This document shows positions 11,704-22,094 of a stretch of DNA of 64,000 nt, one piece after another. The position numbers and the translations under genes are program-made. The notes under the pieces are model-generated. The model had not been told where the DNA came from, searched no databases, and saw only the letters and a list, made by a program, of their open reading frames with translations. The stretch is taken from the NCBI GenBank assembly GCA_964252035.1, contig OZ176212.1; one strand, given 5' to 3'. The first letter of the stretch is position 1, and the number at the start of each line of letters is the position of its first letter. Source of the stretch: Podarcis erhardii. Its lineage: Eukaryota.

Positions 11704-14659
11704 AAATGAGTGGACAAGAGGGTGCATGTATGTGTGAGAGTGCCTATTTTCAGCAGAATGGCAAATTAAAACTAGCAATGTGGCACACGCGCACACACAC
11801 ACACAGTCTCCCATCCCTACTCTATTAGTCACGCCTTTTTAAGCTTTAAAAAGGGAAGCCAATATCTAAAATCTTGCTCATGCTAGCTGTACTGTTATCA
11901 AGGTCATTTCTATTCTCTATAGACAACACTGCAAGAGGCAGGGGAAGAATGTGTAAACACCCGCTCTGAAAATAATAATCATCTCGTCCTCCCTTCCACT
12001 GATGTTGCTGGCCCTGGCAAGCCACTCAAAATTGCAGCTGGTGGATAAGCAAGCAAACTTTGTTTTCCATTTTGCCCCCTGGAACATATGAGAGAGCTTA
12101 CCCACTTAAAGCCCTTTCCCCCAGCTAATTTCCTCCCCCTAGTGCCACCAGAGATGAAGACAGTGTGTTCCAGGTCTGAAACCTGACTAGCATTGTAAAA
12201 TATGGCGCCCTGTCTCGTGGAGGCCTTGCAGCCCATCCAACAAGATTGCCCCTCTTCCCATCAAAGGCTCTCCCTCTCTCTCTCCGCAAACGGCATGTGA
12301 GCTGGAGGAATGGAGCCAAGCTTTTGCCTTGAACTACCTCCAGGGCTGTCTTGTATGCCCAGGCCTCCAAGTTATCTTTGTTGCCATGGAGACCACCTTG
12401 AGCACACAGTTGGGTTGTTACAAGCAGAATCTTTGTTAAGAAGGGCCTCAAGGCCTTGGCTGTCGTGAAGGCTGCAGAAGGATTAAATGGAAACACACTG
12501 TCGCATCACTGTTTTCCTTTTTAGCCACGGGGATATGAAGCTCTTAAAAAAGAGAAACAAAATTATGGAAGCTAGGATTTGGGATTCTCTCAGTGTAATA
12601 CTCCATGCCAGTATTATTTATGCTAGCTGGGTTTTCCCTCCCCTATGGGAGATAGCCAGAGACATCTGTTAAACCACTGGTCCAGTCCACACCACATGGT
12701 GGCTGCTGGTTTGGATTATTTGGGGGTTTTTGTTTTGGGACGCTAATGCCACATTTAAAGATAGACAAATGGCCCTGTGGTGTTCCCTGTGAGGATGGAA
12801 CTGACACCACGAGGACCTTTATCCACACAACATTGTCACTCAAAATGGCAGGCTGCTTGGGAGGAGGTTTGCTCACAAACACCCCAGCCCATTATCTGTT
12901 ATTTAATGGCACTGTGTGAAGTGATATGGAAGTTCTGCCTGTGGTTGTTTGGCTCACTGATTCACACATGCAGAGTTGATGCTCCAGTCCTCAGATGATA
13001 AATAGGCATGTGTGTCAACCACGCCTTAAAGAGAGAGACAAGAGTCTTAAGAGCTGGAGGTGAGGTTATCTGTACCTTTAGTACTCTCTTCCCCCCCCCC
13101 TCCTCCAACCACACGCACAACAAAATCCAAAGAGAACCATTCAAATTAGAGCTATTTAAAACCTAAAGGTTCTGGTCTGTCCCTTTATTATACATTTATT
13201 GTATTTATAACTGTATTTTTATTTAATAAATTATGTAATCTGCCTTGAGGGCCCAGTTTGGGGACTGAACGGTGGGATAAAAAAACAACCCTTAAATAAA
13301 CAGACTAAATAAAATTCCCCTCAGGTTTCCTGAGTTTCTGGATATGGAAGACTGAGTGTTGGTAATACACATATTTAATATAAAAATAGCGGGGTCAGGG
13401 CTCCTTGCTAGATGCCATGCCTGCAGATGCTTTACAAGCAGTTGGAATTTCACTGGGCCAAAATTACATAAGAGTAGGCTATATAACTAGAATTTTTCTT
13501 CCGTGTTTTATCTCCCTGCTACTTTTTAGATAGTTATCTTTCAGAGAAGGGACGCTTCCCCTCACAAGCATCAATGCATTTTTTAAAAAGTACCTCCTTA
13601 CAGTTTCCACATGCTCAAAGTGCTATCAGTAGTGCCAGTATTTCAGAGCAGAAAATTGGGCATCTCTCCTAACCTGAGATAATGGTCACAATTCAGGGAC
13701 CAGTTCTGAGGATATAGTGACAGTGATTACCGAGGTTGAAGGTGGGCTATATCTGTATCATACATAAATGTGAATTGTAAGTTTCTGGAATTTACCAAAC
13801 CTTTGTGGAGTCTCCAATGGAAATCTATTTAGCAACTTTATGGGCCAAAACTTCAAAACGTTTAGCATTGTGAGCCCTTCTTCCATTCTAGCACACAGTG
13901 GCACCTCTTAAGGTGAGGAGAGTAAAGTAGACTGAAATTTACTGTTCTGTGTGATTAAGTCTGCTTTTCTGAGGATGGGGAAATAGTCTGCTCCTCCTTG
14001 GTTCTCCTCTGTGCACATTAGCAGCCCACACTTGGCAGTACTCATCAAACTGAAGTGGAGTTGATGTTGCAGAATGAAAAATCTGTTGGGTGAAGAATTT
14101 GACTCTCCAATTCACTTGCTTGAATGCTGGTTGGTCATTGAGGGCATTAGATTTTATTTTTTTTAAAGAAGTACCGGTAACTGAAGATTACATTTTTTAT
14201 ATACCTGTATTAAGCAGGATGTATCACACTGGTTCATTGTGTGCCTGTTGAAATGTTATTTTGCGTCAGCTGTTGTGGCAAAAGCTCTTAAGGTGCCACA
14301 GGTCCTTTTGCTGTTGTTTTCCATGAAGTGCTCTTAGTAATTTGCAACACCATCCTAACCACGTGTTCTCAGAAGTCAGTCATATTGAATCCAATGGGGC
14401 TTACCGCCTGACAAGTTTCTATTTAGAAAGTATGCAGACATTTACTTTAGAGCCAGTCATGCCCCACAATATTCATTTACTTAAAATATTTGTAGCTAAA
14501 TCAAAAAATTCCAGGATTGTGTCCAGAACTGTGAATAAAACCAATTCACAGGCAACATACAATTAAAAAACTCAAAGAAATAAACATTAAAACTGCAACC
14601 CCATCCTTCCTATCGCTCACCCCAATTCCTGTGCCGGTTGCCTGGCAGGCAGATATATG

Positions 14660-15520
14660 GCAAATACGCGGCTTCTCAGCGCTTCGCCTCCATGTCAGGA
14701 AAAGCTTTTTCCTGCTGATGTTTTCTGCCTGTCAAGCAACCTGCTATAGGCAAACAGCCGCTGCGGGGTCGGGCCACGCGCTGAGGAGCGCCTGACGAGG
14801 CACTATTTCTGCATGGCATTGAATTGCAGCAGCAAAGAGACACGGGGAGCGGGGAGGCGGCAGGATACGACGCTACCCCAGCAGCAGCAGCAGCAGCAGC
14901 AGCGGAGGAGGAAGCCGAAGCCAGCACGCGCTCGCGCTCACTCGCGCGCAAAGGCCTCTGGGCCACGGAACGGAGGGAGGAGAGGTCAGAATGCGGAGAG
15001 GATTGTGGGTAAGAGGGGAGGGCAGGAAACGGCCTTCTTCCTTGGGGAGGGAGGTTTCCGGTTCCGGCCGGGCCTGTGTGAGTTGCAGCCTGGCAGTGCC
15101 CCCTCCACCCCCCACCCCAGTGGGACCAGAAACGCCCCCCGCGTCCGCAGGGGGCAAGGCGAGGGCCAGGGGGCTTCCCCCCAGCACCAATCCTGCCGCA
15201 CAAGGAGCAGCCCCTGCCGGGGGCGCGGAGGAGGCTGGGGCAGCGCCACACACCGGTGAGTGCGCCGTCCTGGAGCCAGGCCCCCTCGCCCCCCCCCGCT
15301 CGGCCGCATAGGTTGGGCCCCGGGGCCTCCCCGCCAGCCCGGCCCCGCTCCCTCGCTTGGGTTAACTTCCGCCCCATGATTCGCCGCCCCCCCGCCCCGC
15401 CCGGCCGGCCAGCCGGCCACTGCGAACTGGGTTCGCCCCCCTCCCGCCCGGTTCGCCTGCGCGACCCGCTCCCTCCGGCCCCTCCCTCTTCTCCTCCTGC
15501 ATCCAGTAGCCTCACAGCTG
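14660..15520 (+). promoter_or_regulatory. CpG island; probable ZNF865 promoter and non-coding exon 1 ending at 15255 (donor CCG|GTGAGT); contains (CAG)8 at 14879-14902
   Basis: Very high GC and CpG; consensus donor gtgagt at 15256-15261; no other gene lies between it and the ZNF865 coding exon. Confidence 0.7.
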
Positions 15521-16040
15521 GCCCCCAACCAGAAACCTGCGTTATGTCACTTTTCTCCCTTCGCTCCCCTCCCCCCCGCCAACTCATATCCACATCCAAC
15601 CTCAAGCTGGAATTGTCATCCCATCCATTGACTTTTATCTTTAACCTTATAACCTAGTACGGATTACTGTTGCCTTCAAACCTCTCGTGTATCCGCTGCT
15701 TTCCCCGTAGATGTAGTCAGATTCCCACCCCATCCTGCATTTTACCTTGGTGGTCAACTCCACATTACTAATCTAGATCGACCCCAATATAAATGGGGGC
15801 TCTTCTACTTACTGCAGGCTTGCAACCCTGCTGCCTTTTGCAAGCACCTTCCCTCACACTGTTTTCTCGTCCTGGTTCTCCCCCCATGCTATTTTATTAA
15901 TGTCTAGGAAACTGCCTGACACCATTTCAGACTATTAGTCTACTTAGGTCACAGTAGTGGTTTGCAGCAACTGCCCAGAGATTCGGATGGGTCTTTCCCA
16001 GACTTCCCTGAATATGGAATAGGTTGATCCTGGGACTTTT

Positions 16041-16101
16041 TCATAGAATTGTAGAGTTGGAAGGGACCTCAAGGATCATCTTGTCCAACCCTTGCAATGC
16101 A
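16041..16101 (-). mobile_element. 3' tail fragment of the CR1-tailed SINE
   Basis: Reverse complement of the 11640-11703 tail (tcatagaattgtagagttggaagggacc). Confidence 0.7.
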
Positions 16102-16568
16102 AAGTATGTTTTCTGTGTCTGAGCCATGACCCTTCTCTTCGGATGCTTTAAAAAAAAATATGGATGAAGAAAGTGTTACTCAAACCTGAGTGATAACCAC
16201 CTTCCCAAACAGATTTATTTCTGGCTCCATCCACAGATTGCAGAGGTATAACCCTCACAGCGTGACTCTTGAACCTCAACACACTATTTTTACCCACCAC
16301 TGACTGGTAAATGTGTTATATTTCTCCTGCCCCTCTGCAGGCCCCAGGTGCATCTTGTACCCTTCCTCATCAGTGTGAGGAATGACTGGACTTCCACAGT
16401 TTCTGTTAGAGCCCTCTCTGCTGCCTCCCACCCATTTCTTGCCCGGGGTTATGCAGTACTTTGCTGCCCTGAACTGTAAACTGGCAGAAGCTCTTCAGGT
16501 TATGAAGAAAAGGTCATTCTCAGGTCTGCTTAACCAGATCCTTCTGTAATGGGAGATGATGTAATTTT

Positions 16569-16569
<1 letters not shown>

Positions 16570-16600
<31 letters not shown>
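16570..16600. repeat. (CA)n microsatellite
   Basis: Directly visible. Confidence 0.9.
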
Positions 16601-16602
<2 letters not shown>

Positions 16603-17320
16603 CAAATTGCTGCACAAAGAGTTTTATCTTGTGCCCCATAGGGATTAAGCAAAATTCCTTATCTGTGCATCTTTTTATGACTAACTCTGTTCCGCTAGTG
16701 ATGAGGAGGGATAAGGATCTATAGAAAACATTGTAGGCTTGATATTGAAATTTTTGCTTGGCCCTCTATTTCTCTCTCTCTGGCTATGTCACTGGGTGTA
16801 GCCCAAACATCTTAACTACATCTGCCTCCTCCCTGATTTGTATGTTTTTCGTACAGGATGCAATTATCATCTGGGAATGTAGCCAATTGAAATATTCTTC
16901 ATTCATTCTTTCCCCTGTGCCACCACTTGAAAAACTTTCAGGTGTCTCTGTCCCTGCAGCACAACTGCTTTGCCTCAGTTATTGTGTGTTTGAATTGACC
17001 CTTTGTGGAGAATTAACAGGCAATTCCTGACTTGGAAAGTGTTCAGGGGAGGGGGATAAAAATGGGGGGGGCTTTCTTGGAGTTAGGGTGTTTCTTAAAG
17101 ATGCCTTCTACATGTGGGGTTTAATGGGAATCCCCCCTCAAAAGAGAGAGGTAGATTCATGACATTTCCAGATGTATAGGGTTAAACCAACAATGGAACT
17201 TGGCTGCCAAGTATCTTAGCAAGCTTAGTTACATAACCCAGAAGTTCTGCCTCCTAATGCTATGGGTTTAAATTGATGCACCAGACTCCCATTTCCTCTC
17301 TCAAGGACAGAGGAACCCTA

Positions 17321-17707
17321 GTTACAGATAGGTAGCCGTGTTGGTCTGCCATAGTCAAAACAAAACAAATTCCTTCCAGTAGCACCTTAAAGACCAACTA
17401 AGTCAGTTCTTGGTATGAGCTTTCGTGTGCATGCACACTTCTTCAGATACACTGAAACAGAAGTTTCCAGACCCTTCTATATAGTGAGAAGGTGGGGAGG
17501 GGTATTACTCAGAAGGGTGGTGGGAATGGGTGATTGGCAGATAGCTGTGATGAGCCTGTTGACGACTCTTAACGACTGCAATAGGTCTTACAGGAAAAAG
17601 CAAGGGGTGAAAAGGTGAAAAATGGCTTTGTCATGTATAATGAGATAAGAATCCAACGTCTTTGTTCAGACCAGGTTTCTCCATGGTTTTAAGTTTGGTG
17701 ATAAGTT
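17321..17707 (-). mobile_element. 5'-truncated Penelope-like retroelement (ORF C-terminus plus 3' pseudo-LTR)
   Basis: Minus strand encodes LITKLKTMEKPGLNKDVGFLSHYT*, resembling the end of a PLE GIY-YIG ORF. 17-bp direct repeat ACAGAGGAACCCTAGTT at 17307-17323 and 17712-17728. Contains a hammerhead motif. Confidence 0.8.
17413..17450 (-). ncRNA. Minimal type-I hammerhead ribozyme motif
   Basis: Minus strand GUAU-CUGAAGA-A-GUGUG(CAUG)CACAC-GAA-AGCU-C/AUAC: core CUGANGA and GAAA, stem I GUAU:AUAC, 5-bp stem II, palindromic stem III AGCU, CUC cleavage triplet. Confidence 0.75.
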
Positions 17708-17918
17708 CCTTACAGAGGAACCCTAGTTCACAGCCCTCCACCCTCAATCTCCTTGGTTTCCTGTCCTGCTGCTATATTCCTCCATTGTTGTCATTCTTTG
17801 AGTCCAGTCCACACCCCTGAAATCCACTAAGGCCCTCGCAGCCCTCTCCTAGATGATCCTGGTCTCACTTTATCCATGCCTCCATTGTTACCTCCTTTTC
17901 TTTACCTCATCCTTGGTA

Positions 17919-18133
17919 CAGTGGTACCTCAGGTGAAATACGCTTCAGGTTACAGACTCCACTAGCCCAGAAATAGTACCTCAGGTTAAGAACTTTGCTC
18001 CAGAAATCGCACTGTGGCGGCGCGGCAGCAGCATGAGGCCCTATTAGCTAAAGTGGTGCTTCAGGTTAAGAACAGTTTCAGGTTAAGAACAGACCTCTGG
18101 AATGAATTAAGTACGTAACCAGAGGTACCACTG
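17919..18133. mobile_element. Tc1/mariner MITE
   Basis: TIRs CAGTGGTACCTC / GAGGTACCACTG with TA TSD; inverted sister copy at 57664-57889. Confidence 0.85.
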
Positions 18134-19345
18134 TATTCCATTGTTCCCAGACCTCTGCTTCATTGCCCCATTTAAGGCAGACACTGCACTGTTACCAAAA
18201 TCCGTATTTTTTAATATAACTCCAGCGATAGGCATTGGGATATGTAAGTGGCTGTAGTAGAATACTCTGCCTCCTTTCAGAGAACTTGGCTTCTATTGTT
18301 TCCTGTTGCAGTGCATTCCACTCCTCATGTATGAGAAACATGGAGACCTGAGGTTGGATCCAGACAAAGTTAGTTGAACTTAAGTTCCATTGTTTTCAGA
18401 GGGAATTAAGCATGTCTGACTATCTTCTCCCATTGATTTCAGTGAGACCTAAGTAGGTTCAGCTAACATAGTCTGCCTCCAACCCCTGGCTTCTAAATCT
18501 TACATCTGCTGCATTATAACCCACCACATTGCCATTTGCCGAATTAGACCAGTTTTCTTTTAAATCTAGGGCAGTTTGTTAATGGAGGGGGTTGGGCTGG
18601 AAATGGGTGGTGATAGCAGTGCTGTGTCCTACACAACTTCTTATCTTTGTCTTGCATGGAAAGAAGGGAGGTGGAGAAAGGGTGGGTATTTGGGATTCTT
18701 ATCTAAGTATTTCCTGATACTTTAAAACTCTGAAAGTTTTCTCTCTGTGTTTAAGTATATATGCAGAAAGTTGGTAAACGCAAGAGGCATTGTAAGTAAC
18801 TACAAAAATGAGGCAAATTGAAGAACCCACAAGAAGGTTTTTATTTTTTTACTTTCTGAAGTGGCTGACTCCCCACCCCTCCCCCTTTTTCTTGCAGGGG
18901 TCTCACGTTTGACTATTCCTTTGTGGAAAGTGCATATTTGGAAGAGAAACTGTGAAGCTTGTGTCCATATAATCAGATGTGGTGATCTTGCATATCACTT
19001 TAATTGTTGGTTGTACATACACTCGAAGGCCATAGCATTCCAGGGTGTGCATATATGTGTGATCATTATACTGGAGGCTATGGTTTCCTGCTGTGTCTGT
19101 ACGAAACAAAACACATCCGTATGTGATCATCATATGTGATGATTTACATCGGGTTTCCTGCTTCCTAAACAGAAGTGCCTTCCAGCCTAATGTGCAAGGC
19201 AGTCCTTGAGACGCCCTCCCCCCAAGGGTAAGTCAGCCAGTGCAGTGGGACCGCTCTAAAAGGCCTACATGGCTTGGCCCCTACATCCTCCGGAGGCTAC
19301 CTGCTTTTCTGTATCCCATTGTGCTCCCCAACATTGGAAGAGGAT

Positions 19346-19500
19346 GGTAACATCCATGCCAGACATTTAAAGCATATGGCTTCCCCCAAAGAATCCTGGG
19401 AACTGTAGTTTGATAATTGTAGCTCTATGGTGTTGAACTACAGTTACCAGGATTCTTTGGAGGAAGCTATGTGCTTTAAATGTATGGTGTGGATGTGACC
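19346..19500. mobile_element. Long-TIR palindromic MITE (~65-bp arms)
   Basis: Left arm ggtaacatcc...caaagaatcctgggaactgtagtt pairs with right arm aactacagttaccaggattctttg...ggatgtgacc. Confidence 0.75.
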
Positions 19501-19910
19501 AATGGTGACAATGATTTACCAAATGGTAACCAAATGGTAACTTACTGCAGTGGGCCTGGGTACATGTGTAGTGTCCACCTACGTGGTCGTGAGACTCTTA
19601 GGACACATTTGAAATCGAAGGGAAGTGGTGAAAAGCTCTTCTGTTCATGGCTAGATGCTGCAGAAGACCATGTGTTCCCCCTCACTGTGGTAAGTTTCTG
19701 CTGGGTAAAATGGTGGCCCATGCTCCCCATCAGTGCCCTCTATTGATGGTCATCAAATGCACCTTTATGGAACTCCCTTTGTAAAGTTACCAGAGACCTA
19801 ACTGGAGCAAATATTGACAACAGTGCAAGGCTTTTCTGTTTGGAGAGACACATGATAGCCAGAGATAGACAAATAAGATGTTACATATGGATGTTCAAAT
19901 GGACCTTTTA

Positions 19911-20035
19911 CAGTAGTAACTCGGTTTTCGAACGTAATCCATTCCGGAAGATTGTTTGAGTTCCAAAACGTTCAAAAACTGAAAACCCAATACGGAAAAC
20001 TCAATACGGAAGCTGCGAAAACTGAGGTACCACTG
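19911..20035. mobile_element. Short Tc1/mariner MITE
   Basis: cagtagtaactc / gaggtaccactg termini flanked by TA. Confidence 0.7.
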
Positions 20036-21784
20036 TACTTACATTTACTTACCTTCCCCTTGTCTTATCAGAAACAGATTGCCGTTATGAAATATAAAAT
20101 ATTCACAACTGGATGAATTTCCATAAGTCATACAGGTTGCAGAATTCTGCATTTAAGGGTGCAGAATACGGGAGGATCTTGAATGCAGAATAGTTTGTAT
20201 TTTATTATTAAGGCACACACTGTTCTAGATAAGATGGGCAAGTAGGAAAGCATTCAGCCAGAAGGGATGAGAAGCCCACTTCCTTGAGGTACAATCTTTG
20301 ACGCATCAACCCTATACACATTTTAGTTTGTATCCCTTCATGACCCCTCAAGCCTACCTTATCTTACTGGGTTGCCATAAAACAGGTGGGGGAACGCTCT
20401 TCAGCTCAACAGTTATGTTCCCTCAAGGGGTGGGGCAGGTAAAAGTGCCATAGGTGTGCCTCATCTTCAAACAGTTGGATTTTTAGGTACCAGCCCTGCA
20501 AAAGCACATCCACCCATCTCTGCATCTAGGCAATTGAGACATTACCACAGTGGCAGAACACCTTTCAGCCAAGCAAAAACCCTTGAGGAGGATACAAATA
20601 AGGACTGGGGAAAGGGGCGTGGCCCCAGGGAAAGGGGTGTGGCTTGGGTAGAATTCCAAGGGCTGGGTGGAGAGGGCAGTGCTTGGTCTCTGAGCCTGAG
20701 TTCCCCCCATGCCTGTTATAAAATGTGACAGCCCCATGTATGTATGCATGCCTAGAGGGGCATGTATGGGACTATGCCATTCTATAACAATCCTGTGAGG
20801 TAGATTAGGCAGAATAAGAGTGGCTGGTTTTAGGCGGCATGAGAAACCTTTTTAGCTGAGTGGGAAGATGGAGTTTTCCATCTTCAAACTTTCTACACTG
20901 GCTTTCAGCCCTGGTAACCTACATTGGCAGAGCCCAGCATGTTCGAGCAAGGAAAGCCACTTTGCAGAGGAGTTTGTTTTAAATACGCAAACCCCAAACT
21001 TCAGGGACAAGCACGGGCTTCTGAACTCCCCAAAGCGAGCCTTGCCTTGGAATGCTTTGTACCTGTGAGTCCCGTTTTTTAACCTCTGTTTAATACCAGG
21101 ACTCCATAAATATTCAAAGAACTAATGCTTTAGCTGCATTGGAGCCAACTAGCACTGAATGGGTATAAACCCTGCTTGCCACTCAAAACCTGGAGGATTG
21201 TCAAGCTTAGGAGATTGAGTCACCTGTGCTCTCATTGAGAGGAGGAACTAAAGCTGAGAGGCAGCACAGGTGGTTTGAGACATATCCTGGTTTATTTTAA
21301 GAATGTTAGAACAGGTAAATGCCATCCATAAAAGGTTTGTGGGGCTAGAGAAACACCCCATGAAGAAAAGTTACAATATTGGGGCCTTTTTAAAAGCAAT
21401 TAAGGACACAATTGAGGTGTGTAAAATGATGCCAGCATAATACTATAACCCAGGGTCTTCCAATGAAACAGAAGGGTAGGAGATTTAGGACAGACAAAAG
21501 GAAGTACTCCTTTACCCCACATGTTCTCTTGGGATTTCCTTGGTGATGATCACAGAGAATAAAGTTCTCCGTGGGTAGCTGTCATGATGACTATATAGTA
21601 TTTTACCACTTCTGGGATCAGAGACATGCCTCTGTATGCCAGTCTCTGATGGACAACAGCAGAGGAAATAGGTCTTGCCTTCAGGTTCTGCTTATGAGCT
21701 CCGCATATGTTTCTGAACAGCCACTACAGAGACTCTATGCTGGACTATTTGGCCTTTAATCTGATGCAGCGAGGTTCTTGTTCT

Positions 21785-21885
21785 TATACCTGAGACCCTG
21801 GAGAGACACAGCCAGTCAGAAGTAGACAATATTAGGTTTGGTGGACAAGTCTGACTGAATATAAGGCAGCACCATGGTTCTTTGC
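21785..21885 (+). mobile_element. 3' half of an old tRNA/CR1-tailed SINE
   Basis: cctgagaccctggagag...cagtcagaagtagacaat...ctgactgaatataaggcagc; same family as 40490-40640. Confidence 0.55.
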
Positions 21886-22094
21886 AATTCATTTTAACAA
21901 CTGGCAACTTTTTCTTTTTTTAAATCAGAAAATTCTTGACCCATCCCATTGTGTAAATGGAACATATCAGATTTATTTTTTTTAATGGAGCCACCACAAC
22001 AAAGAGTGCTGGTGTCCTGGATATGTCTGGCATGTGTCTACATTGGTATCCCGTTTCTCTCCTTTGTCTAGGCAGTGCCCCCTCCCGGGTGGAG

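Noticed and set aside
14676-15657. ORFs of 100-309 aa in CpG islands (also at 3.9, 32.5, 38.6, 47.4 and 53.6 kb)
   Set aside because: G/R/P/A-rich translations typical of stop-poor GC-rich promoter DNA.
18897-19226. Possible internal 5' UTR exon of ZNF865 (ttcttgcag acceptor, AAGG|GTAAGT donor)
   Set aside because: Splice-site look-alikes alone are insufficient without transcript evidence.
21957-22094. 46-aa N-terminal extension of ZNF865 in the ORF track
   Set aside because: Most of it lies upstream of a strong acceptor at 22070-22071; the homologous N-terminus starts at ATG 22095.
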